A stretch of DNA of 64,000 nucleotides, from positions 3,806 through 67,805 of the forward strand of contig SVAL01000011.1 of NCBI GenBank assembly GCA_015059405.1, in the 5' to 3' direction. Source of the DNA: Bacillota bacterium (GTDB lineage Bacteria > Bacillota_I > Bacilli_A > RF39 > UBA660). The position numbers and the translations under genes were made by a program. Below, in pieces: positions 37,495-46,171 of this stretch (positions are counted from its first letter, which is position 1; each line of letters opens with the position of its first letter). A model generated the notes under the pieces. That model made no database searches. It worked only from the letters and a program-made list of their open reading frames with translations, and was not told the DNA's origin.

Positions 37495-39644
37495 TTTATC
37501 ATTCTCACCACTTTTTCTATATATGATATATTTTCTAAATCACGAATAAAATTATTTAAATGTTCTAGATCTCTTACCCATAGATCAACATCATAAATAA
37601 CTTCATCTATTTTTCTATTTGTTCTTATATTATCAATACTAATTCCACTTGATGATGCTTTTTGCATTATTTCAAGTAGAGACTTATCTGATTCTTTACA
37701 ATAAATAAATACAGATGTAACAAACTTATTTGTAGTCTTTTCAGGATTCCAGATAACACTTACCATACGATTATCTAAGAAAGCTAGATTGTGACAACAT
37801 CTTCTATGAACACTAATACCATTTCCTTTAGTAATATACCCTACTATTTCATCTCCTGGTACTGGATTACAACAGTTTGCTAGGTTAACTTTTATTTTAT
37901 CAATTCCTTCTACTATTACATCTCCATCAACATGTTTTGGAATTTCTTTGAACACTACTTTTTCTAAAGGTGAATCTTTCTTTTGAATTATATTTATTAC
38001 ATATGCTCCACTAAAACGACCATTACCTATATTTAAATATAAATCAGTCATATCAGTTACTTTAGCTTGTTTAAATATTTCGGCTGTGTTTTCCTCATTT
38101 AAGAACTCATTAAAAGCAAGTTTTCTTTTTCTTAATTCTTTTTCTAATTCTGCTTTACCACGTTCTATATAGGTATCTTTAGCACCTTTTGTAAAGAATG
38201 TTTTTATCTTGTTTCTAGCACGTGTTGATTTAGCTATGTTTAACCATTCTTTAGATGGTCCTGAAGAGTTTTTATTTGTATTTATTTTAACAATATCATT
38301 ATCTTGTAGTTCATAATCAAGTGGTACGATACTATCATTTACAATAGCACCAACCATAGTTTCTCCTACTCTAGTATGAACACAATACGCAAAGTCAATT
38401 GGAGTAGAACCTTTTGGTAATTCATATATATCTCCTTTTGGAGTAAATACATAAATATTATTATTTAATATTTCATTTTTTACACTATTTACAAATTCTT
38501 CACTACTCATCTTATCTTCATTTAATTCAACGATTGATTTAAAGAATTGTAATTTTGCTTCAGTAGATGAAGTCCCTGTTTGATTTAGATTTTTATTTTC
38601 TTTATAAGCCCAGTGTGATGCTACCCCATTTTCAGCAATTTCATCCATGTCTCTAGTTCTTATTTGAATTTCAAATAAATATCCATCTATACCAAATACC
38701 GTTGTATGAAGTGATTGATACCCATTTACTTTTGGCATAGCAATATAGTCTTTAAATCTTTTAGGAATAGGTTTATATTTAGCATGTATCATACCAATGA
38801 TTGAATAACATTGTTGAACATCATCAACTAATATTCTTAAGGCTAGTAAATCATAGATATCACTAAATTTTCTTCCTTTTTCTAACTTTTTATAAATACT
38901 ATATATACTTTTACTACGTCCCTTTATTTCAAATTCTATATTATTTTCTTTTAATAGATTACTAACACTAGTAATCATGTCACTAACAACTTTATCTCTT
39001 TCTAGTTTTGTATTATTTAATTTATCTGCGATATCATAAAATACATTAGGTTTTAAATAACGAAGAGATAAATCTTCTAATTCACTTTTTATTTTATGAA
39101 TACCTAAATGGTGCGCAATTGGTGCTAGAATATCTAGAGTTTCTCTTGCAATTTTCTTTTGTTTTTCTTCATCTTTTGCCCACAATGTACGCATATTGTG
39201 TAGTCTATCTGCTAGTTTAATTATAATAACTCTAACATCTTCACTCATTCCTACTATTATTTTTTTATAATATTCTATTAAAGCTTCATTTTCAGTTGAA
39301 AAATGAATTTTACTAATCTTTGTAACTCCATATACTAAATTAGCAACAGTAGTACCATGTGCATCTTCTAATTCTTGCTTAGATACTCCACAATCTTCTA
39401 TTACATCATGCAATAGTCCTGCGCATATTGTATCGCAGTCTGCATATACTGTAGTTAATATTACTGCAGTTGCTAAAGGATGATAGAAATATGGTTCACC
39501 ACTTTGTCTAAATTGTCCAGCGTGTTTTATCTTTGAAAATTCAAAGACATCTCTAATTTTTTGTAATTCTTCTTCTTTTGTGATGTAACTACTTGCTTTA
39601 TCTATTAAATCATCAATTGTATATAATTTTTTTTCTATTGTCAT
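37491..39644 (-). CDS. relA: bifunctional (p)ppGpp synthetase/hydrolase (RelA/SpoT homologue)
   Basis: 717 aa. It has an HD hydrolase motif (LLHDVIEDC), a synthetase domain (YQSLHTTV), a TGS domain (VFTPKGD...LPKGSTPIDFAY) and a C-terminal ACT-like region. Confidence 0.95.
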   Translation of the reverse strand: MTIEKKLYTIDDLIDKASSYITKEEELQKIRDVFEFSKIKHAGQFRQSGEPYFYHPLATAVILTTVYADCDTICAGLLHDVIEDCGVSKQELEDAHGTTVANLVYGVTKISKIHFSTENEALIEYYKKIIVGMSEDVRVIIIKLADRLHNMRTLWAKDEEKQKKIARETLDILAPIAHHLGIHKIKSELEDLSLRYLKPNVFYDIADKLNNTKLERDKVVSDMITSVSNLLKENNIEFEIKGRSKSIYSIYKKLEKGRKFSDIYDLLALRILVDDVQQCYSIIGMIHAKYKPIPKRFKDYIAMPKVNGYQSLHTTVFGIDGYLFEIQIRTRDMDEIAENGVASHWAYKENKNLNQTGTSSTEAKLQFFKSIVELNEDKMSSEEFVNSVKNEILNNNIYVFTPKGDIYELPKGSTPIDFAYCVHTRVGETMVGAIVNDSIVPLDYELQDNDIVKINTNKNSSGPSKEWLNIAKSTRARNKIKTFFTKGAKDTYIERGKAELEKELRKRKLAFNEFLNEENTAEIFKQAKVTDMTDLYLNIGNGRFSGAYVINIIQKKDSPLEKVVFKEIPKHVDGDVIVEGIDKIKVNLANCCNPVPGDEIVGYITKGNGISVHRRCCHNLAFLDNRMVSVIWNPEKTTNKFVTSVFIYCKESDKSLLEIMQKASSSGISIDNIRTNRKIDEVIYDVDLWVRDLEHLNNFIRDLENISYIEKVVRMIK

Positions 39645-39657
39645 GTTACTTCCTCCA

Positions 39658-39957
39658 TTATATTAAGTCTAATTCTTCAAATAATAATTCATCTTGTCTT
39701 TTTTTATGTTCTTCTTTTAAATATTTATCGATCTTTTCATTTTCAGTATGTAATATATCATCTACTACATCACAAAGAACTAATCCACTTGCATTAGACC
39801 ATTTAGTTTTAATTAAGTAGTTCCATATATCTTCTTCTTTTATATAATCTAAATTCTCTCTTTTTAATTCTTTTAATTTAGTTCTTAAAGCTGGTTTAAC
39901 ACGATTATAAAGATCTAGAACGCTATTAAATTCTATATCCTTAACTTCTTTATTCAT
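39658..39957 (-). CDS. ComN-like post-transcriptional regulator family protein (tentative)
   Basis: 99 aa. EEDIWNYLIKTKWSNASGLVLCDVVDDILH resembles the B. subtilis ComN segment DLWNCMIAKMKKK...LHEIVNRMLSL. Confidence 0.4.
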   Translation of the reverse strand: MNKEVKDIEFNSVLDLYNRVKPALRTKLKELKRENLDYIKEEDIWNYLIKTKWSNASGLVLCDVVDDILHTENEKIDKYLKEEHKKRQDELLFEELDLI

Positions 39958-39972
39958 GTTACCAACTCCTTT

Positions 39973-41280
39973 TTATTTATTTGTTATTAATCTTTCAAAT
40001 TCATCTTCTAATTTATATATATTTGTGCAACTCATAAAACATATTACAGCATTATTATGTCTTAATAATTTATCACAAGTTTCTATAGATACTTTTTCAC
40101 AATTAGGAACTTTTTCTATAATACTATCACTTGAAACATTTGGATAATCTTCTTGTCGTTCACGATCGCAATGAATATCCATTACATATGCTTTATCTGC
40201 TTTTGACATAGCACTAACAAAATCATCCATTAAAGCTTCAGTTCTTGAATATGTATTTGGTAGGAATACTCCTACTATTTCTTTATTTGGATATTTTTGA
40301 CGTGCAGATGCTAATGTTACTTCTATTTCTGTTGGATGATGAGCATAGTCATCTACAGTTATTACATCTCCAAATTCTTTTAATTTAAATCTTCTTTTAG
40401 CACCTTTAAATTCATTAATATATTTTTTTGTATCTTCTATATCAATTCCATAGTACTTAGCTACTGCAATAGCACTTAAGGCATTTAAAATCATATGTTT
40501 ACCAAATAAAGGAATTTCGAAGTGTCCATATAATTCATTATCTATATAACAATCAAATTTACTTCCTTCTTCATCTAATACGACATTTTTAGCAACAATG
40601 TTATTATTTTCATTAAATCCATAATAAATAGTATCACTACTAAAATCTATCATTTTAATATTTTCATCATCACCACATGCAATAACAACATTAGCTTTGT
40701 TACCGAATGTTTTAAATGTTTCTCTTATTTCTTCAATTCCACCAGGATAACATTCGACATGATCTAATTCAATATTAGTAATAATGGCAATAGTTGGTGA
40801 GTATGCTAAGAAATGTTTATTAAATTCATCACTTTCTATTACAAAAAATTTATTATCTTTTGTAGCATGACCAGTACCATCTCCTACAAAATAGTTACAA
40901 CCTAATGTGTTATTAAAAATGTTACTAATCAATAAACTAGTAGTTGTCTTTCCATGTGTACCACTAATACCAATAGTAGTAAACATTTTAGTAATATCTC
41001 CTACTACTTCATTATAATCTCTAATAGTTAATCCTAATTCTCTTACTCTTTTTATTTCTTTATGGTCTGGAGAAAAAGCTTTTGAATAAGTCACAATTGT
41101 ATCTTTATCAATATCATGTGCATCATAAAAAATTTCAATACCTCTAGCATTTAATCCTTCCATAGTATATTTATATCCTTGGACATCATCATATCCACTT
41201 ACTTGATTTCCTAAATCATGTAAGATATTAGCAAGGGTACTCATCCCTGCTCCTTTAATTCCTATACAATAATATTTCAT
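39973..41280 (-). CDS. murC: UDP-N-acetylmuramate--L-alanine ligase
   Basis: Motifs: YCIGIKGAGMSTLANIL, GISGTHGKTTT, DDYAHHPTEI. Confidence 0.95.
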   Translation of the reverse strand: MKYYCIGIKGAGMSTLANILHDLGNQVSGYDDVQGYKYTMEGLNARGIEIFYDAHDIDKDTIVTYSKAFSPDHKEIKRVRELGLTIRDYNEVVGDITKMFTTIGISGTHGKTTTSLLISNIFNNTLGCNYFVGDGTGHATKDNKFFVIESDEFNKHFLAYSPTIAIITNIELDHVECYPGGIEEIRETFKTFGNKANVVIACGDDENIKMIDFSSDTIYYGFNENNNIVAKNVVLDEEGSKFDCYIDNELYGHFEIPLFGKHMILNALSAIAVAKYYGIDIEDTKKYINEFKGAKRRFKLKEFGDVITVDDYAHHPTEIEVTLASARQKYPNKEIVGVFLPNTYSRTEALMDDFVSAMSKADKAYVMDIHCDRERQEDYPNVSSDSIIEKVPNCEKVSIETCDKLLRHNNAVICFMSCTNIYKLEDEFERLITNK

Positions 41281-41376
41281 GTTAACACTTCCTCTAATAT
41301 ATTATAGCATTATTTAAAATCAATTTACACTTTTTTTAAGATTATATAAGATTATTATGAAATAAGTTGACATAGT

Positions 41377-41406
41377 TTTAAATATTTTATTACAATTAAA
41401 TTACAT
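41377..41406 (+). promoter_or_regulatory. sigma-A-type promoter of the CPBP protease gene
   Basis: TTGACA (41377-41382), then 18 nt, then TACAAT (41401-41406). GGGAGG SD at 41417-41422. Confidence 0.5.
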
Positions 41407-41426
41407 AATAGATAATGGGAGGATAT

Positions 41427-42161
41427 ATGAGCTTTATAAAAGACTTTTGTCATGAATTTGTTTTGATGTTTAAACCATACTACAAATACATAAGATTCTT
41501 TATTGTTTTCTTTTTATTCTTTACATCTTCTATTTTTCAATTAATACCTATATCTATTTTTAAATTAGATATTAATAATATTAATGATAAAATAAATAGT
41601 TATTTAACTCTTTTTTCTGTTTGTGTTACTTTATTATTAGTCTGTATTTTTTATTTTAAAGAGTTAAAAAAATCATTCAAAAATTTAAATAACAAAATTA
41701 GTTCTAATTTTTTTAAAGGTTTTAAATATTGGTTAATTGGTTTATTTATTATGATAGCATCTAATATATTAATTAAGAGTTTTGGTTTTGGTGATGCGAG
41801 TAATGATATTAGAGTAATAAATAATTTAAAGACTAATCCTATTATATATGGATCTATTACTTTATTATTAACCCCTATTTTAGAAGAATTGGTATTTAGA
41901 TTATCTTTTAAGGATATTTTTAAATATAAATGGTTATTTATCTTATTTTCCGGAATTATATTTGGAAGTATTCATGTTTTTTCATCCTTAACAGATATTT
42001 ATCAATTATTTTATTTAATACCTTATTGTAGTTTAGGTATAGCGTTTTCTTATATGTATTATGATACTGATAATATTTTTATACCGATTAGTTTTCATAT
42101 ATTACATAATATCTTGGTTACAATTTCAATATTTTTATTGGCAGGTGGAATTATATGGTAG
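41427..42161 (+). CDS. CPBP-family intramembrane glutamic endopeptidase (CAAX protease-like)
   Basis: EELVFR, FGSIH and HILHN motifs in a polytopic membrane protein. Start trimmed to MSFIKDF because the predicted -10 is too close to the track start. Confidence 0.8.
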   Translation: MSFIKDFCHEFVLMFKPYYKYIRFFIVFFLFFTSSIFQLIPISIFKLDINNINDKINSYLTLFSVCVTLLLVCIFYFKELKKSFKNLNNKISSNFFKGFKYWLIGLFIMIASNILIKSFGFGDASNDIRVINNLKTNPIIYGSITLLLTPILEELVFRLSFKDIFKYKWLFILFSGIIFGSIHVFSSLTDIYQLFYLIPYCSLGIAFSYMYYDTDNIFIPISFHILHNILVTISIFLLAGGIIW

Positions 42162-43099
42162 ATAAGAAGAATAATAAAAAGAAAAAAGATGATGTTGTAA
42201 AAAATAGTAGAATTGAAAAAAATAAGAAACAAAGATATGATATAGCAAAAAAAGAACATATTGAAAATACTGTTAATGTAACTAAAATAGTTATAAAAGT
42301 GCTTGTAGTATTAGTTATTATTTTTAGTACAATATATGTTAGTTGTAGATATATTGGTACATCAGGTCTTATTATTAAAGAATATAGTATTGATTATGAT
42401 AGTTTACCTGATAGTTTTTATGGTTTAAAAATAGTTCAAATTAGTGATGTTAATTATAATAAAAAAACTATGCCTATTAAAAGAATAGAAAGATTAGTAA
42501 ATGAAGTTAATTCTTTAAAACCAGATATTATTATTTTTACTGGTAATTTGATTTATGGGGAAATAACAAAAGAAGAATCTAAAGAATTAGAAGATTGTTT
42601 AATAAAATTAGAATCTAGTGTTGGTAAGTATGCTGTCTTTGGAGAAGATTCTGATTCAAGTAAAATCATTATTAAAAATGCAGGTTTTCTCGATTTAGAA
42701 AATACATATGACTTAGTATATAATGAAAATTATGATCCAATATTAATTAATGGTATAAGTAGTAATAATCCTGATGTTGATAGTTCTTTTAGTTATTTTA
42801 ATTTAGAAAATGCTAATAATGAGATTTTTACAATTTCTTTAGTACATAAATCAGATATGGCTATTGATATTTTAAATAAAAGAGACGTAAATTTAATTCT
42901 TGCTGGTAATTCTTTAGGTGGACAAATAAATATTCCTAAGATGGGTGGAATTATAAAAGTAAATGGTTCTAAGGAATATATAGATAATTATTATAAGATT
43001 AATAATACTGATTTATATGTTTCTAGTGGTGTTGGTACTAGAAAATATCCTTATAGGTTATTTAATCATCCTAGTATCAGTTTATTTAGATTAAAATAG
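42155..43099 (+). CDS. membrane-anchored YkuE-type metallophosphoesterase homologue with degenerate metal-binding motifs
   Basis: Colinear with 19587..20390, but ISDYHN->ISDVNY, TGDLVD->TGNLIY, GNHE->GEDS and GHAHGGQ->GNSLGGQ. Confidence 0.65.
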   Translation: MVDKKNNKKKKDDVVKNSRIEKNKKQRYDIAKKEHIENTVNVTKIVIKVLVVLVIIFSTIYVSCRYIGTSGLIIKEYSIDYDSLPDSFYGLKIVQISDVNYNKKTMPIKRIERLVNEVNSLKPDIIIFTGNLIYGEITKEESKELEDCLIKLESSVGKYAVFGEDSDSSKIIIKNAGFLDLENTYDLVYNENYDPILINGISSNNPDVDSSFSYFNLENANNEIFTISLVHKSDMAIDILNKRDVNLILAGNSLGGQINIPKMGGIIKVNGSKEYIDNYYKINNTDLYVSSGVGTRKYPYRLFNHPSISLFRLK

Positions 43100-43120
43100 A
43101 CACTAAAGTGTCTTTTTTTT
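43098..43120 (+). terminator. rho-independent terminator
   Basis: Stem AGACAC / GTGTCT with a 4-nt loop, then T8. Confidence 0.7.
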
Positions 43121-43152
43121 ATTGATATCATATATTATTATAGGAGGTTTTT

Positions 43153-43338
43153 ATGTATCGATATACTAATTATAGAAGATTTAATAATGGAGATAGATTT
43201 ATAGGTGGAGGGTTTTTTGGTCCTTTTATTTTAGGTGGTATTACAGGAGGATTAATAGCTAATAGTAGACCTAATAATAATCCTGTTTTCTTTTATCCTG
43301 TTTATTATCCTAATCAATTTAATCAATATTATTATTAA
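43153..43338 (+). CDS. 61-aa G/Y/N/P/F-rich small protein, unknown function
   Basis: GGAGG SD 7 nt upstream of the ATG. It is bracketed by two terminators. Sequence: MYRYTNYRRFNNGDRFIGGGFFGPFILGGITGGLIANSRPNNNPVFFYPVYYPNQFNQYYY. Confidence 0.55.
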   Translation: MYRYTNYRRFNNGDRFIGGGFFGPFILGGITGGLIANSRPNNNPVFFYPVYYPNQFNQYYY

Positions 43339-43341
43339 AAA

Positions 43342-43358
43342 AAGCACTATAAGTGCTT
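43342..43358. terminator. bidirectional terminator hairpin (small ORF on plus, divIB on minus)
   Basis: Stem AAGCACT / AGTGCTT with a 3-nt loop. An A-run lies upstream and a T-rich run downstream. Confidence 0.55.
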
Positions 43359-44094
43359 ATTTTATTATTTTATATTCACTAGCGTCTCCATAACCAGAAT
43401 CTAAATAAAGAATTCCAATATGTCCTTCAAAACTAGGATATATTTCATTATATAAATTTAATAACTCAAAGTTATATGTATCTGAGTCTTTTGATTTAGA
43501 TAGATTAGTATAAATATAATTACCATCATTCATTGTTAAAAAGAAACGTCCATTATCGTATTTAGATGGATCATACTTTATTTCTGAAATTTGATTGATT
43601 ATATTATCATCTAACTTATTTAATTGGTTTATGAATCGATCGTATACTTCATCTGAAACATAGTTTAATAAAGTTGGATAACCCCTACTATTATATTTTT
43701 TGGATGATACTTTTTTACCATTAGATAAAATATAATTATTTGATGAAAAATCATAAAGTAATATTTCATATTCTTTTATATGTATTTCTATTTTATGAAA
43801 GAATGTTCTTTTTACTTTTACTGATTCAATATATGGGTTTTGTTTCAACTTTTTTTCTATATCTTTCTTTCTAAAAGAATAATATTTTGGATAATTATCA
43901 AGTTCAGCTAAATCAATGATTTCTTGATCGTTTAATAAATTATTATTATATATAAATATATTTTTCGTTGGTATATTTAAATAATATTTGATTCCAAAGT
44001 AAAGAAGACATAATACTATTATAAATATTATGCATGGTATAATTCTAATTTTCTTTTTCTTTACTTTTTTTATCACTATATCACCTAATCCCAA
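43357..44094 (-). CDS. divIB: cell division protein DivIB/FtsQ
   Basis: N-terminal TM helix, POTRA-like segment (IFIYNNNLLNDQEIIDLAEL), and position after murB. Confidence 0.6.
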   Translation of the reverse strand: MGLGDIVIKKVKKKKIRIIPCIIFIIVLCLLYFGIKYYLNIPTKNIFIYNNNLLNDQEIIDLAELDNYPKYYSFRKKDIEKKLKQNPYIESVKVKRTFFHKIEIHIKEYEILLYDFSSNNYILSNGKKVSSKKYNSRGYPTLLNYVSDEVYDRFINQLNKLDDNIINQISEIKYDPSKYDNGRFFLTMNDGNYIYTNLSKSKDSDTYNFELLNLYNEIYPSFEGHIGILYLDSGYGDASEYKIIK

Positions 44095-44993
44095 TTTACA
44101 AATTCTTGTTCTACTTTTAAATCAATACCATAATTATCTAATACAGCATCGTGTGCAAATGTAATTAAATCTTTAATATCATTTGCAGTAGCATTACCTA
44201 TGTTAATAACAAAGTTTGCATGTTTAGTACTTATTTGTGCTCCCCCTCTAGTTAATCCTTTTAGTCCTAAATCTTCTATTAATTTCCCAGCAAAATTACC
44301 TTCTGGATTTCTAAAGACACTACCAGCTGATGGATATTCAAGAGGTTGTGATGCTTCTCTTCTTTCTTTTCTATCTTTATTTATTTCAATCATTTCTTCG
44401 CGATTACCTTTTTTTAATCCTAGAGTTGCTTCTAAACATATATAATCTGGATGTTTTTGGAAGAACGATGTACGATAATGAAAATCTAATTCAGCATTTG
44501 TCATATTAATTACTGTATAATTTGGAGTTAATACTTTAACTCTTTTTACAATGTATCCCATGTCACTCTTATAGGCACCAGCATTCATATATACTGCTCC
44601 ACCTACAGTTCCTGGAATACCACAAGCAAACTCAAGTCCTGATAATGACTTTTTTGTTGCCAGTAGAGCTAATTTTATTAAATTATATCCTGCACCTACT
44701 TTAAGAGTTGTTTCATTAACCATAGTCAATTCATTAAATTCATCAAGTTTAATAATAATTCCATCATATTCTTTATCACTAAATAAAGTATTAGTACCAT
44801 TACCTAAAACTTTATATTTTACTTTTCTATTATTACATAATCTTAATAATTCTATTAATTTCTTAGTATTTTTAGGATAAACTATGCATCTTGCTACTCC
44901 ACCTACTTTATATGAAGTAAATCTTTTTAAACTTGCATTTTCAATACATTTACCTATTTCTCTTTCTTTTATTATATCTATAAATTCATTCAT
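44085..44993 (-). CDS. murB: UDP-N-acetylenolpyruvoylglucosamine reductase
   Basis: FAD-binding domain (KVGGVARCIVYP, LGNGTN), SAGSVFRNP, and GGAQISTKHANFVIN. Confidence 0.95.
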   Translation of the reverse strand: MNEFIDIIKEREIGKCIENASLKRFTSYKVGGVARCIVYPKNTKKLIELLRLCNNRKVKYKVLGNGTNTLFSDKEYDGIIIKLDEFNELTMVNETTLKVGAGYNLIKLALLATKKSLSGLEFACGIPGTVGGAVYMNAGAYKSDMGYIVKRVKVLTPNYTVINMTNAELDFHYRTSFFQKHPDYICLEATLGLKKGNREEMIEINKDRKERREASQPLEYPSAGSVFRNPEGNFAGKLIEDLGLKGLTRGGAQISTKHANFVINIGNATANDIKDLITFAHDAVLDNYGIDLKVEQEFVNWD

Positions 44994-45005
44994 CTTTTCA
45001 CCATC

Positions 45006-46091
45006 TTATTTATTATCAATTAAATCTCTGATAATTTTATATATTCTAGTTGCACTATCTGTAATACCTAATTTTTTATTACATCTAACCATTTCATTAT
45101 ATCTTTTTGTATCATTTAAAATTAAATCTATTTTTTCTAATAAGATTTCGTCATTTAAATCTTTTTCTTTAATTATTATAGAAGCTCCATTATTTTCAAG
45201 TACTTTAGCATTTTCTTCTTGATGATTATGAGTTACATAAGGAGATGGAATTAATATACTAGGAAGTCCTAATGCTGTTATTTCAGATATTGTTGATGCT
45301 CCAGCACGAGATATAATTAAATCTGTACTTTTCATTACTCCTAGCATATCGTTTAAATATGGAACTAATTTAACATTCTTAGGAATGTTTTTCATTTTTT
45401 TATAATTATCAAAATAATCTTTACCAGTTACAAATAATACTTCATAGTCTTTTTTATCAAACTTTGGTAGAATTTCTTTCATCATATTATTAACAGTTTG
45501 AGAACCAAGACTTCCCATAACAAATAAGACTAACTTTTTATTTTTTGTTAAATCATATTTTTTCTTATCTACCTTTTCAACATTTATAACTTCTTCACTA
45601 CGTGGATTACCAGTATATGTAGTCTTTTTCTTATCAAAATGATTTAAGCTACTAGGAAGTGATACACCAATAGCATCTACTTTTTTATTTAAAAGTTTAT
45701 TAGATAAACCTGGAATTGAGTTTTGCTCGTGAATAAAAGTTTTTATTTTTAATGAATGTGCTGCATACAAGACAGGTAATGTTACATATCCACCTACTCC
45801 TAAAACAACATCTGGTTTGAAATTCTTTATTTCATTTTTAGCTTTTTTCACTGCTTTTAAGAATGATTTTAATACACTAATATTTTTTAGTGGTTTCTTT
45901 CTGTTTAAACCTTTTATTTCTAATCCAACATAGTTATATCCTAATTCTGGAATTATAGTTGCTTCCATTCTATCTGTTGTTCCAATATATAAAAATTCAC
46001 TATTTGGTTCTTTTTCTTTTATCTTATTTATAATCGCTAAAGCTGGATAAATGTGTCCACCTGTACCACCTGCGCTGACTACTACTCTCAT
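45006..46091 (-). CDS. murG: undecaprenyldiphospho-muramoylpentapeptide beta-N-acetylglucosaminyltransferase
   Basis: Motifs: GGTGGHIYPALAI, GGYV, RAGASTISE, HQEENA. Confidence 0.95.
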   Translation of the reverse strand: MRVVVSAGGTGGHIYPALAIINKIKEKEPNSEFLYIGTTDRMEATIIPELGYNYVGLEIKGLNRKKPLKNISVLKSFLKAVKKAKNEIKNFKPDVVLGVGGYVTLPVLYAAHSLKIKTFIHEQNSIPGLSNKLLNKKVDAIGVSLPSSLNHFDKKKTTYTGNPRSEEVINVEKVDKKKYDLTKNKKLVLFVMGSLGSQTVNNMMKEILPKFDKKDYEVLFVTGKDYFDNYKKMKNIPKNVKLVPYLNDMLGVMKSTDLIISRAGASTISEITALGLPSILIPSPYVTHNHQEENAKVLENNGASIIIKEKDLNDEILLEKIDLILNDTKRYNEMVRCNKKLGITDSATRIYKIIRDLIDNK

Positions 46092-46137
46092 CTTATCACT
46101 CCTATTCCAATTATATCATAATTATATGTTATTTAAC

Positions 46138-46161
46138 AAAAAAAAGAAGGTTTTAACCTTC
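46138..46161 (-). terminator. rho-independent terminator separating the 988-aa gene from murG
   Basis: Stem AGAAGGT / ACCTTCT, then T8 on the minus strand. Confidence 0.65.
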
Positions 46162-46171
46162 TTTTATTTTA

